Origin: Shigella phage Tf | Sequence record: OR980947 | Direction: 5' to 3' (one strand) | DNA: 64,000 nucleotides | Part shown: positions 49,230 through 59,119 of the stretch, piece after piece | How positions within the stretch are numbered: position 1 is the first letter of the stretch | Layout: every line of letters begins with the position of its first letter | Position numbers and translations under genes: made by a program | The notes under the pieces: generated by a model | Seen by the model: only the letters and a program-made list of their open reading frames with translations | Database searches by the model: none | Told to the model about the DNA's origin: nothing

Positions 49230-49757
49230 CCTTACCTGTGCCAGTTACAAGCGTCTCACTCTTCAAACCTAAATTCTTAGATGCCTGACCATACATCCAG
49301 TCAGTTATGGCTTTAACTTCTTGAGTCATACTTTCTGGGCATTCCCAACTGTTCTCATCGTGGTATGCCAGCAAAAGTCTAGCACCAATTGCTGGTTTCC
49401 GTCCATTTAATTTTGTCAACCCTTCTTCACATGCTCTTCTACAAGCAAGGTTAATTGCCTCGTTCTGAATCTGACTTTCCGAACCCATGAGCAAATAATT
49501 CAACAACTTATGTGGAGATTTACACCACAACCAAGCTCCAGCAACCTTTACAAAACCCCCTTTAGAGATTGCAGCAGTCTTACCAAACACCTCTTCAAGA
49601 GCCTTTTTAGTTGCTTTGTAGTCAGCTTCCAAGTCATCTAGCAGCTTCTTAATCTTTGGCAAACGCACAAAGTAAGTCTGTTTAGTTAATGCACCTTCCT
49701 GAGTAGTGGCTGCCTTAATAGTTTTAGCAAACTTTTCATCACCTGCACCGAACAATA
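49201..49757 (-). CDS. DNA polymerase (family A), exon 2: C-terminal part from motif B second half through motif C
   Basis: starts ..LFGAGDEK (T7 pol LYGAGDEK), contains motif C LLAYHDE and ends ...WYEVH like T7 DNA polymerase. Confidence 0.8.
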
Positions 49758-50068
49758 CATCTGGTCAATACACTCGCAAGGTGTACCAGTTCTCTTATGA
49801 ACTTCTCCGCATTTCTACGGAGTGTCGGACTATATCACGTAGTAGTAATACTACCGTTGCACTTGGGAATGGTCATTAGCTTACCACCCTACTCTACTCA
49901 GTTCATACATTAAGTATGCTTTTCGATAGTCTCTGAACGTTTCTCTGTTAGGAATCTCTATAGTTATGTTATTTGCTTTAGGAGTCCTAACAGAGACTTC
50001 GCTGCTGATTACCATATCTTTACAGACTTAGGCTTCCAGCAATTCACAACGTTTTACATGCGCCACTG
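49758..50068 (-). ncRNA. group I self-splicing intron interrupting the DNA polymerase gene
   Basis: on the minus strand: exon 1 ends in U pairing with G of internal guide gcgcat (P1), terminal G before exon 2, and P/Q/R/S-like core elements aattgctggaagcc, aatcagcagc, gttcagagacta, gatatagtcc in canonical order; no long ORF inside. Confidence 0.75.
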
Positions 50069-52244
50069 ACGCATAGATACCATTCTTAGCCTTCTTGCGG
50101 CCTTTACTAATCTCATGAAGAAGATTCTCATCCTGAGTAGCTCGACAAGTCAAGATGTCCTGCTCATCATTCAAGCTAAAGTAAATACTGTTCAGTGTAT
50201 GTGCATCAGTCCCTGAATAGACAACGTACAGGTCATTCTCAGAGTCATAGCGCAGGTACTTATCAATCTCTGGGTTGAGGTACTCATCAAAATGTTTACA
50301 GTAATAACGTCCATCTTCTTGACGAATAAACTCAATCTCTTCTTTACCTTGCGTTACCGCTTTGGTGAACTCTTTATCACCCATAAAGTTACAAAGTAGA
50401 ACTAACTGGGCTGAGTTCATATCAACAGAGACTACGTTGGTTCCCTCTTCACAAATCCACACCTCCCTCATAGGTGCTCCATAGACAGCAGCACCAGACG
50501 GTACGTTTACAATACCATATTGTGTCATTCGTCCAGTTGAAGTACCAAACACCATTGCACCAGCACTAAGGCGACCATCAGGACGAATCTGGTTCAACCA
50601 ACCTTTTTCACCATCCTTTGAGTTCTCAATAGTTCTGCGTCGGTGCATCAAAGTATAGTACTTAGCAATCTTCTGTCCAAGCTCACCTTCAATCGTATCA
50701 TAAGAAGACTCAGTAAGTTTTGGTGAAGTACGGATTAAGCAAGGTTCAAGCAAATCTGTGTACTTCTTCACAGACCAGTTATGCTCAATGTACTGTACAC
50801 CTTCATGTTCAACATAGCTCAAACCACACCGCTCAACCATTTCCTGCCACTTAGGATGTTTTGTAATCATCTTTTTATTGTCTTTGAAACGACAAACTTT
50901 GACAGGGCGACCGTCTGAGTCTTTCTTGTAGTTCCAGTCATCTGGAATCCAACCAACTGATTTCAAGTAGTCTTTAACAACTGCTACCTGAGTCATACGA
51001 GAAACTTCAAAATCAATTGGTGTATATGGTGCATCAATCAAACCTGTGTAGCGACTTGACTCAAGTTCAAAGTGGTTAACAACGTGACTGTTATAGTACT
51101 TCACAGTTTTAACTGTTTTTACTGGCTTCCAGTCTTTGCATTTCTTACCAATCTTTGCATTCAACTCATTGCAAATTGCACGAGCATCCTTCATTGCTAC
51201 AAAGCCTTCCTTGTACTCTTCACCAGTTACAGAGTTGGTTGGTGTATAGCAATTTCTCTTTTCAATGTTAAAAATCTTTGTAGTTGGCTTACCAAATGGC
51301 TTGATTTCATATGTCTGCATCTCACCGTTACGTACCTGCTGACGATACTTTGTCTTAGGGTACTTGGTAATTCTTTTCAGTCCATCTGCATGACCAAATG
51401 TTTCAACATACTCATTCCAAGCTTTTGCAAACTCTTCTCCAGTGACTTTACCTTTGGTCTTAATAGTTGGAGGAAGATGTGGTTCAACTTCTGAAGCAAG
51501 CTCATTAGTCAACTTGTCAAGTTCCTTTACATGGAACTCCATAAGTTCTTTATCAGCTTTCCAACCATTGATAGCCTGTTGACTCATCCAGAAAGATGTT
51601 TCTTTAGCTCGCATGTAGGTTTCATAAGTGTCTATGCCACACTTCTTAAGCTTGAGATACTCATTATCAAGTGCCCGTTTAGTTTTGGCGTTAATACGGA
51701 TATCTTCTACAACACGAGTGAAGATTTCTGCATTCCACACACCCCAATGCTCAATCTCTGGTTTACGAACACCAACACGAGCACCCCATGCAGCCAAACC
51801 ATGAGCACCTTTATAACCCTTTGGAGTTGGTCTATCCATCCACTGAACACGAGACTGGATAAGAGAGTCCTGAAAGAAATTACTCCACGGTTTACACTTT
51901 GGGTTATCAAAGTTCCATAAATCAGGTGCAATGTGATTGAAAACCCACCAGTCATAACCGAGACCGTTATGGATGCAAAGACGTTTTGCCTTTAACGCAA
52001 ATTCAACGCCTTCACGCAAACCACCTTTAATGTACTTGGTATACTTGTGACCGAGGATAGGCTCATCTGTAAAGACCCATACAGGCGGCTCTTCATCGTC
52101 AGATTTATAGTCTGCGAAAGCCATTACGTGCACTTTAGTGAACTCAAGGAGTAAACCATCAGTTTCTGTATCACCAACCAAATGTAAGTTTTTAAAATCT
52201 ACGTTTTCCATTTCTACTCCCTCTAAATCATTAACCTCATACAT
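50069..52244 (-). CDS. DNA polymerase (family A), exon 1: 3'-5' exonuclease and polymerase domains up to first half of motif B
   Basis: Exo I motif VGDTETDGL; motif A-like VSVDMNSAQL; ORF-track ORF ends RKKAKNGIYAS... with stop 12 codons into the intron. Confidence 0.85.
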
Positions 52245-52270
52245 TACTGCAAAAAATTATAAAAAGCAAG

Positions 52271-52299
52271 TTGACAATGCACTTGACAAGGTGTTAATC
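52271..52299 (+). promoter_or_regulatory. sigma70-like promoter for rightward replication operon
   Basis: aaaaagcaagTTGACAatgcacttgacaaggtgTTAATC. Confidence 0.45.
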
Positions 52300-52467
52300 T
52301 TTGCGAAGTGGGTTTTTACTTAAAAGGTTACTTAACAGTTTAACTATACAGATACTTTAAAACTCTTAAAAGATTATTTAAAAGCTTTTAAAAAGCTTTA
52401 AAGTATAACGTATAGAATACGTTAAGATAAAAGATTAAAACTTAATAGTTACTTAAAAGAGGCTTAC

Positions 52468-52890
52468 ATGCAGAAAATGTTTGTTCACCCAGACATAGCT
52501 GACTTTGTTAGAGCTTTGCAGAAGTTGGAAGAACTTGACATTGCTGCTCAACGGGAATATGCTCACCATCACAGGAGAATGGTTGATATACAACATGAAA
52601 TAGAGTTGTCTGAAAACTATGAAGATGACTTAAAATGCTCTGTATTTGAGCATATGAAAGATGTTGCTACAGCTAGACGTAAAGCCAAAGACACAGTTGC
52701 TTTACTAGATTCTCTTAAAAAGAGGTTGCAAAGTGGTACAGACCTGTGTAATCTAGCGTCACTGATTAACGATGTTGAAACTTCTTGGGATAGACATTAC
52801 TATCCACGTTCTGAAAAGACACTTGACTTTTCTTCATCCGAAAACTTAAAATGTTCTAGAAAGAAACTTAACCAACTGAGAGAGAAATAA
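52468..52890 (+). CDS. hypothetical protein (140 aa)
   Basis: first ORF of rightward replication operon. Confidence 0.45.
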   Translation: MQKMFVHPDIADFVRALQKLEELDIAAQREYAHHHRRMVDIQHEIELSENYEDDLKCSVFEHMKDVATARRKAKDTVALLDSLKKRLQSGTDLCNLASLINDVETSWDRHYYPRSEKTLDFSSSENLKCSRKKLNQLREK

Positions 52891-52891
52891 T

Positions 52892-53692
52892 ATGAATATC
52901 GATGTAGAAAAGATGCTTGAAGAAAAAGGTGTTGATGAAGCATTCTTAATCAATGCTGTAGAAAGCATGGCTATGATTCTTCGTGGTAACAACTACACAG
53001 AGCAGTTTATGCCTGCAAGCTATAACTTGCCTGAAGACAAGTCTGATAACGGTGCTTTTGCAGAACAGGTCAACATGATGCTGTGTGACAAAAAACTTGC
53101 TTTAGCATCTATCGTTGTAGGTGTTGATGCTCTTGCAGAGTTCATTTTTTATGAGATGCAGAAAAATGACTATATTGCCATGACCTCTGAAGAAAAAGAC
53201 TCGCTACTACTCGCAGGTAATGATGAGCTAATTGACCTGTTAATTTCATCAACGAGTGCTGTTATGGCTGTTCTTGAGAAGCGCATGGAAGAGAAACTTT
53301 CACGATATGAAAAACTTGATTGGGGTGTAGAAGAACTAAACCCACGAATCAAGGAGATTATCCAGCAAACTAAAGAGTCTTTGGAAGAAGCTGTTGAAAA
53401 TGACTCTGTAGCTGACATCGAACCACTTCAGGTGAAAGTTGCACTGATGATTCCAGCTATCTCTACGATGATGAATATCGTTGCACTAATCCAACTGTCA
53501 CAGATGATGGATGTGAGTATTGAGTTCATTGAAGAGATGACTGGTGGTGTCAGTATGCAAGCAATCAATGATGTTTTGGTGAACATTGGTGCTTCAATCA
53601 TTGAAGAGAAACTACGCATTAACTTCGGTGATGATTTTGTGAAGCAAATCTCAGCTATGGCTGAAAAAGAGTATGCTGACCAACTGCACTAA
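52892..53692 (+). CDS. hypothetical acidic protein (266 aa)
   Basis: ORF-track ORF with adjacent start to previous gene. Confidence 0.45.
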   Translation: MNIDVEKMLEEKGVDEAFLINAVESMAMILRGNNYTEQFMPASYNLPEDKSDNGAFAEQVNMMLCDKKLALASIVVGVDALAEFIFYEMQKNDYIAMTSEEKDSLLLAGNDELIDLLISSTSAVMAVLEKRMEEKLSRYEKLDWGVEELNPRIKEIIQQTKESLEEAVENDSVADIEPLQVKVALMIPAISTMMNIVALIQLSQMMDVSIEFIEEMTGGVSMQAINDVLVNIGASIIEEKLRINFGDDFVKQISAMAEKEYADQLH

Positions 53693-53710
53693 GTCTTTAT
53701 AAATCTTACA

Positions 53711-53735
53711 AGCCTCCTTAGTTGGGGGCTTTTTA
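53711..53735 (+). terminator. terminator-like hairpin
   Basis: agcctccttagttgggggct (imperfect stem) + ttttt. Confidence 0.4.
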
Positions 53736-53753
53736 GCAATTAATGGAGATAAA

Positions 53754-54497
53754 ATGAGTAGTATTATTGCATTTACTGGAAAGGCACGTTCTGGAAAAGA
53801 CACCTCGTGTTCTATTGTGAAGAACATCTTAGAGGATGAGTATGGCTACAATGTTGCTGTAATGGCCTTTGCAGACAACCTTAAGCTATCTGCATCAAAG
53901 ATATTTGACCTGACTTGGAATGACCTGTATGGTGAAACTAAAGAGACTCCACAGGTTTTTGACTTATCATATCCTGAACTGATGTTCAAAGTTACAGAAG
54001 CTATGGAGTTCACCTTCAAAGGTGAGCGTTACCATATGGATTTTAAGCTTATGTCAGAACTAACCGGACGATTAATTATGGAATTGAAGAAGGTTGCTAA
54101 ACCGACTCTATTGACACGTCTGGGATTTAGCAATAAGTATAAATTCTCATCAAGACAAATTCAACAGATTTGGGGTACTGAAGTCATCCGTAAAGTTATG
54201 GGTGACAAATTCTGGGCTAAAGACCTTGAAAAACGAATGGCTCGCTTCTTTGAATCTTGTTCACTTATGAATCAAGAAGGTGTTGTTTTAATCAGTGATT
54301 TAAGATTTGATTCTGAAGCTGAGTGGCTGAGTAGATTTGCACACCAAACCATTGAAGTAAAAAGAGACAATGTGGACAAAGTTTCGTCACATGTTTCAGA
54401 AAATGGGATTTCTACAAAATATGAGCGTGACATTATCCATAATAATGGTACTCTTGCAGACCTTGAAAGTAAGCTAAGAGCTATCCTGAAGATTTAA
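53754..54497 (+). CDS. deoxynucleoside monophosphate kinase (T4 gp1-like, putative)
   Basis: N-terminus IIAFTGKARSGKDT resembles T4 dNMP kinase P-loop. Confidence 0.55.
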   Translation: MSSIIAFTGKARSGKDTSCSIVKNILEDEYGYNVAVMAFADNLKLSASKIFDLTWNDLYGETKETPQVFDLSYPELMFKVTEAMEFTFKGERYHMDFKLMSELTGRLIMELKKVAKPTLLTRLGFSNKYKFSSRQIQQIWGTEVIRKVMGDKFWAKDLEKRMARFFESCSLMNQEGVVLISDLRFDSEAEWLSRFAHQTIEVKRDNVDKVSSHVSENGISTKYERDIIHNNGTLADLESKLRAILKI

Positions 54498-54505
54498 AAG
54501 AGAGA

Positions 54506-54706
54506 ATGAAGATGAGAGTAAAAGACAATTTTAAAGTTATTGACCACCGTTTAGTGGAACTCTCATCTCTTTCCAATGAGGTAATGATTGAACGTCTTAA
54601 GAGAGTTGAATCACGAAGGAAAGAGATTGCAGATGAAATTCATGAACTGGACAAGATTGAAAATGGATTGAAGGCAGAACTACAACGAAGAGGTGCTAAT
54701 GTCTAA
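54506..54706 (+). CDS. hypothetical coiled-coil protein (66 aa)
   Basis: ORF-track ORF overlapping primase start. Confidence 0.35.
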   Translation: MKMRVKDNFKVIDHRLVELSSLSNEVMIERLKRVESRRKEIADEIHELDKIENGLKAELQRRGANV

Positions 54707-56684
54707 AGGTCGTAAATTGAAAGAGGCTGGTCAGTTTATTGGTCATTGTGCATGTCCACGTTGTGGTTCATCAGATGCTGGTTCAATCTATCATCATGAC
54801 GATGATTCTTATTCGATGACTTGCTTTAGCTGTAACAAAGGTTTCCCAGAGTGGGATTTTGATAAAGGACAAATCGTGAGCACTTATTCTACTGGTTCAG
54901 ATAACAAAAACCGTACTTTCCGTGGAATGGATTTAGACGATGTAAAAGAAAACCTTGAAGCAATGGACTTAAAAGACAGGAAAATCCCTGCAAAAGTCCT
55001 TGAACGCTTAGGTATCAAGGTTGACATTGACAGTGATGGTGAAATTGACGCACATTTCTATCCAACTTACAAACGTAATGAAGATGGCAAGCTAGAACAT
55101 GTTGGCTACCGTGTTCGTCACCGTTACCCAGAAGACCATCCAAAAGAGCACCTACGTGGTAAGTTAAAGGACTTTTCTGGTGGTGTTGGAGACATTAAAG
55201 GTGAACTGGCAATGTTCGGTTCATGGATTGCTCCAGAAGGTGGTAACCGTCTATTCATCTGGGAAGGTGAGATGGAATGTGCGACAGCAATCTACATGAC
55301 TTCTCTGGCAATTAAGGACAAATCTCGTCGTAAGAATTACTGTCACGTATCTGTTCCATCAGGTGCAAACATCAAGTCTATCAAAGATAACTATCAGTAC
55401 ATTACATCATTTGATGAGATTTACTTGTGCTTTGATAACGATGAAGCAGGTGCTAAAGCCACTAAAGAGGCTGCTGGCATTCTCCCTATCGAGAAGGTTC
55501 GTTTATTCCAGTATCCAGAGGGTGTGAAAGACCTTAACGAGTGGTGGACAAAGTTCTATAAAGAGAAAGACACAGTTCTGGAAGGATTTAAGCAGCGTAT
55601 CTACAACGCACCTCGTTACTGTCCTGCTGGTATCAAGAACTTTGCAGATGGTTTTGAGGCAATGAAGAATCGTGGTCAGATTCCATTGATTCCTTTCCCA
55701 GAATCTTTCGGGGATTTGAACAGACTGACTTATGGTGGTTACGGTTTAGGTGAGATTACAACTCTGGCAGCACCATCTTCAGTGGGTAAATCTGCATACA
55801 CTCGTGAAATGATTTACACTGCTTGGAAAGATACCGATTACAATATTGGTGTAATTCCAGTTGAAGATACCTATGAAGAGTTGATGGAGATGCTCTGTGC
55901 AATTCACCTGAGCAAGCAGATTTCTGAGATTCCTTATGACGAACGTGATTGGGATGAATTGAAGGAAGCACATGCAGAACTGTCTAAAGGTCGTCGTATC
56001 CATATCGTTGACCATCAAGGGGCAATTGACCAAGATAACCTGCTGGAATTTGTTGACTATCTTGTTAACAGTTTAGACTGTAAGATTATCATTCTTGACC
56101 CTATCACGTTAGCTCTGTCACGTTCTGATACGGATGAAGAAGAAGTTTTGTCTGAGCTATTGCGTCGTTGCAAACGCTACCAGTATGCGCAGGTAAACGT
56201 ATGTCACGTTCGTAAGAGTGCAGGTGGCCAGAAAGCTAACTCTGAAGGTGGGGATATCTCTGAAGAGGATATCAAGGGTTCTGGTGCGTATTTCCAGATT
56301 TCCATGAATAATATTTTGTTAATGCGTAACAAGGTTGACCCAGACCCTGTTAAGAAAAACTTGACAAAAATCAAGTTAACTAAATGTCGTCGTCACGGTA
56401 AGTCAACGGGTATTGCTGGTCATACTTGGTACAATCCAGATACAGGACGTCTTATCAAAGCTTCTGGATGTGGTGTTGATATTGATGGTGCAGCAGAAAA
56501 TATCCGTCAACAGTTTGGTATTGGTGAAGCTGAAGACCATTACGATGACTCTTTGCCACATTATGAGGATGAAGTGTTTGACCGTGAGACTGGTGAAGTC
56601 TATACTGAAGAGCAGCGTCAAAGCTCAACGATTCCACCTGTATTAAGTGAGGATGCAGATGACTGCCCGTTCGAAACTGAGTGA
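54693..56684 (+). CDS. bifunctional primase-helicase (T7 gp4-like)
   Basis: N-terminal Cys4 zinc ribbon (CPRCGS...CFSCNKGF), central TOPRIM-like region, C-terminal DnaB-family helicase with Walker A APSSVGKSA. Confidence 0.85.
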   Translation: MLMSKGRKLKEAGQFIGHCACPRCGSSDAGSIYHHDDDSYSMTCFSCNKGFPEWDFDKGQIVSTYSTGSDNKNRTFRGMDLDDVKENLEAMDLKDRKIPAKVLERLGIKVDIDSDGEIDAHFYPTYKRNEDGKLEHVGYRVRHRYPEDHPKEHLRGKLKDFSGGVGDIKGELAMFGSWIAPEGGNRLFIWEGEMECATAIYMTSLAIKDKSRRKNYCHVSVPSGANIKSIKDNYQYITSFDEIYLCFDNDEAGAKATKEAAGILPIEKVRLFQYPEGVKDLNEWWTKFYKEKDTVLEGFKQRIYNAPRYCPAGIKNFADGFEAMKNRGQIPLIPFPESFGDLNRLTYGGYGLGEITTLAAPSSVGKSAYTREMIYTAWKDTDYNIGVIPVEDTYEELMEMLCAIHLSKQISEIPYDERDWDELKEAHAELSKGRRIHIVDHQGAIDQDNLLEFVDYLVNSLDCKIIILDPITLALSRSDTDEEEVLSELLRRCKRYQYAQVNVCHVRKSAGGQKANSEGGDISEEDIKGSGAYFQISMNNILLMRNKVDPDPVKKNLTKIKLTKCRRHGKSTGIAGHTWYNPDTGRLIKASGCGVDIDGAAENIRQQFGIGEAEDHYDDSLPHYEDEVFDRETGEVYTEEQRQSSTIPPVLSEDADDCPFETE

Positions 56685-56754
56685 TAGCTATAAAAGGGAG
56701 GGGTTCACACCCTTCTTTGAAGAAAAAAGTTTAAATAAATTTCAGGAAGAGTGT

Positions 56755-56783
56755 TTGACAAAGGTTGATAGGTTCTATAGAAT
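56755..56783 (+). promoter_or_regulatory. sigma70-like promoter (TTGACA-17-TAGAAT)
   Basis: gagtgtTTGACAaaggttgataggttctaTAGAAT. Confidence 0.5.
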
Positions 56784-56937
56784 GCTCTACATGAAATGTG
56801 ATGGATGCGTTGAGGCAGAAGAAAAGTTCCATCACAGCATAATCACAGTCACCATTACTATACCTAAACATAATATTGGTTGGCTCTTTATAATTAAAGA
56901 AAATGTGTTTGAATATCAAGTATATCGGAGAATATCA

Positions 56938-57084
56938 TGAAACACTCTAAAGCATTTGAAAAAGTTTTTGGGGATTCCTTAAAAGCCACTGCTGGTAAAC
57001 CAGCAAAATACTATGAAGAAAAACGTGTAAGAACTGGAAAAACTGCACGTAAAGCAGCTTCTAAAGATAAGCACAACTTCCAGT
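56938..57084 (+). CDS. small basic protein (48 aa), not in ORF track
   Basis: ATG at 56938; MKHSKAFEKVF...; downstream of promoter at 56755. Confidence 0.3.
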
Positions 57085-57093
57085 AATTAGTGT

Positions 57094-57122
57094 TTGACAA
57101 TAGAGTATCAACAAACTAGAAT
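57094..57122 (+). promoter_or_regulatory. sigma70-like promoter (TTGACA-17-TAGAAT) upstream of SSB-like gene
   Basis: agtgtTTGACAatagagtatcaacaaacTAGAAT. Confidence 0.55.
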
Positions 57123-57158
57123 TGGTACTCTTCATAAATTGAGATAGAGGTTTAAATA

Positions 57159-58016
57159 ATGTCTAAAGTTGTTAAAATGAAAGCTCCGGTAGAGAAGTAC
57201 AACGGTACTGAACGTCAAACTCTGCGTTACCTGCTGAAAGATGTCTGGTTTTATTACCTGAATACTTCACCACGTCCGGGAAAAGGTAAGTCTATTGATA
57301 AGAAATTCCCAGGAAAAGATTGTAACTACAGCGTATCAATTCTGGCAGAAGACGGTAACAAGCTCTTTAAAGAGTTTACTAAGTCTAAGAAAAATCCAGA
57401 AGGCTGGGATAAAGTCACTACTGAAGCAGTTGATGCAGACGACTTTGAAGAGAAGTTTGGTTGTAAACCACCTTTTGAAGCAGACACTTACTACATCTTG
57501 AAAGTAAGTCGTGCAGCAGCTTATAAAGATGGTGCTGTGTGGACAGCTAAACAGTCATTCCCTGTAATGCTGATTGAAGAAGTAAATGGTAAGCGTGTAG
57601 CTGTTAAGCAGCCGATGAAGAAAATCAAAGCTCAAGCATCTGACAAACATGAAGATGATAAGAACTATGATGTAATTCATCCAGATATTGCAGTTGGTAA
57701 CGGTTCTTTTGGTAGTGTGATTCTTTCTACTCACTTCTACACTTTTGAGAACAATGTCTTGACAAAGCCTATTCAGGAACAGTTTATCATTGATACTCTT
57801 GTACCTTACACTGGTGGTAACGGTGCTAACGGTGAACCTGAACTGGATGAAGATGAACTGGCTATGCTTGGTCTTGATGGTGTTGAAGATAACGGTGAAA
57901 TCACTGAAGAAGATGCAAAAGACCACAAACCTTCGAATGATTCTGATGATGGTGACGATGAAGACTTGCCAGACCCAGATGACGAAGGAGATGAAGGCTT
58001 CGATACAGAAGACTAA
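57159..58016 (+). CDS. single-stranded DNA-binding protein (T7 gp2.5-like, putative)
   Basis: 285 aa with highly acidic C-terminal tail ending ...EGDEGFDTED; strong promoter upstream and terminator downstream. Confidence 0.5.
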   Translation: MSKVVKMKAPVEKYNGTERQTLRYLLKDVWFYYLNTSPRPGKGKSIDKKFPGKDCNYSVSILAEDGNKLFKEFTKSKKNPEGWDKVTTEAVDADDFEEKFGCKPPFEADTYYILKVSRAAAYKDGAVWTAKQSFPVMLIEEVNGKRVAVKQPMKKIKAQASDKHEDDKNYDVIHPDIAVGNGSFGSVILSTHFYTFENNVLTKPIQEQFIIDTLVPYTGGNGANGEPELDEDELAMLGLDGVEDNGEITEEDAKDHKPSNDSDDGDDEDLPDPDDEGDEGFDTED

Positions 58017-58035
58017 TCTCTAAAAGTTACTTTAA

Positions 58036-58062
58036 AGCCCTGTACTTAGTATGGGGCTTTTT
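58036..58062 (+). terminator. rho-independent terminator after SSB-like gene
   Basis: aagccctgtacttagtatggggctt + tttt. Confidence 0.6.
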
Positions 58063-58078
58063 CATATGGAGAGTCACA

Positions 58079-59119
58079 ATGGAGAAGTATACGTTAACAA
58101 AACTTCCCGATTCAGTTACACATGTCTTTATTGACTCTGACAGTATTGCCTATAAAGGTGCTTGTGTAGTTGAGAAAGCAAAATATAAATACGTCAATAA
58201 ACTCACAGCAGAAGAATCTGAATCATTTGATAATGCGAAAGATGCTGCAAGATGGTTAGCAGACCAGAGAATCCTTGTGGAAGAACTTGGCCTGACATTT
58301 GATGAAGATGAATGGGAAAGACAGACTTGGAAAGAAGCTAAGAGTGAAAAAGAAGCTATCATGGCTACTCAACAGGTGCTTCAGGAATGGCTTAAGGTTG
58401 TTGGTAAAGAGAGAACTTGGGTAGGTTATTTAACAGAGAAAGGTGTGCATAAACATAAAGACATTAAAGGTCTTGAGCACCAATATCAAGGGAACCGTAA
58501 AGATGCTGTCACACCAACACACTTAGTCGCTTGTCGTGAATACCTTCTGTCAAGACCAGAGTTCAAGCTCTTAAGGGGCGGCTTCGAAGCCGATTCAATC
58601 GTAATTGCTAAAGCTGAAAAGATGGGTAAGAAAGCTGCTCTGATGAGTATTGACAAAGACCTTCGACAAGCTGAAGGAACTTATTGCATTGATATGACTT
58701 ATGAAAAGTCACCACTAATTTTTATCGCTGATAATAATGTTGGTGATATCTGGGATTGCCCTATCAAGTCAAAACCAAAAGCTGCAAAAACAGTTGGTGT
58801 AGGTTTTAAATTCTTGTGCTATCAGGCTGTTGCTGGAGATAATGCAGACAACTACTTCGGCCTTAAAGGTGCTGGAAAAGTAGCTGTGATGAATGCTTTA
58901 GATGGTAAAGAGACCTATAAAGAGTGTCTTGACGCTATCTATGAACTCTATGCTAAAAAAGACTCTTACACCTATGTATCATGGGATGGACAGACTGTTA
59001 CAAAGACACCGTTAGAGCTAATGGAACAGCATTTCTTCCTAGCTTATCAAGAAAGAAATCCAAAAGATAATTTCTCTTTTAAGAAATATAATTGGGAGCC
59101 GTGTATGAATGAAGATTAA
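58079..59119 (+). CDS. 5'-3' exonuclease / flap endonuclease (FEN family)
   Basis: PIN-like N-terminus VFIDSDSIAYKG and H3TH motif GDNADNYFGLKGAGKVA. Confidence 0.7.
   Translation: MEKYTLTKLPDSVTHVFIDSDSIAYKGACVVEKAKYKYVNKLTAEESESFDNAKDAARWLADQRILVEELGLTFDEDEWERQTWKEAKSEKEAIMATQQVLQEWLKVVGKERTWVGYLTEKGVHKHKDIKGLEHQYQGNRKDAVTPTHLVACREYLLSRPEFKLLRGGFEADSIVIAKAEKMGKKAALMSIDKDLRQAEGTYCIDMTYEKSPLIFIADNNVGDIWDCPIKSKPKAAKTVGVGFKFLCYQAVAGDNADNYFGLKGAGKVAVMNALDGKETYKECLDAIYELYAKKDSYTYVSWDGQTVTKTPLELMEQHFFLAYQERNPKDNFSFKKYNWEPCMNED

Noticed and set aside
49758-50068. Intein or programmed frameshift as explanation for the split DNA polymerase
   Set aside because: The intervening 311 nt has stop codons in the polymerase frame, is not in-frame coding, and carries group I intron core elements and splice-site features; an intein would be a continuous ORF.
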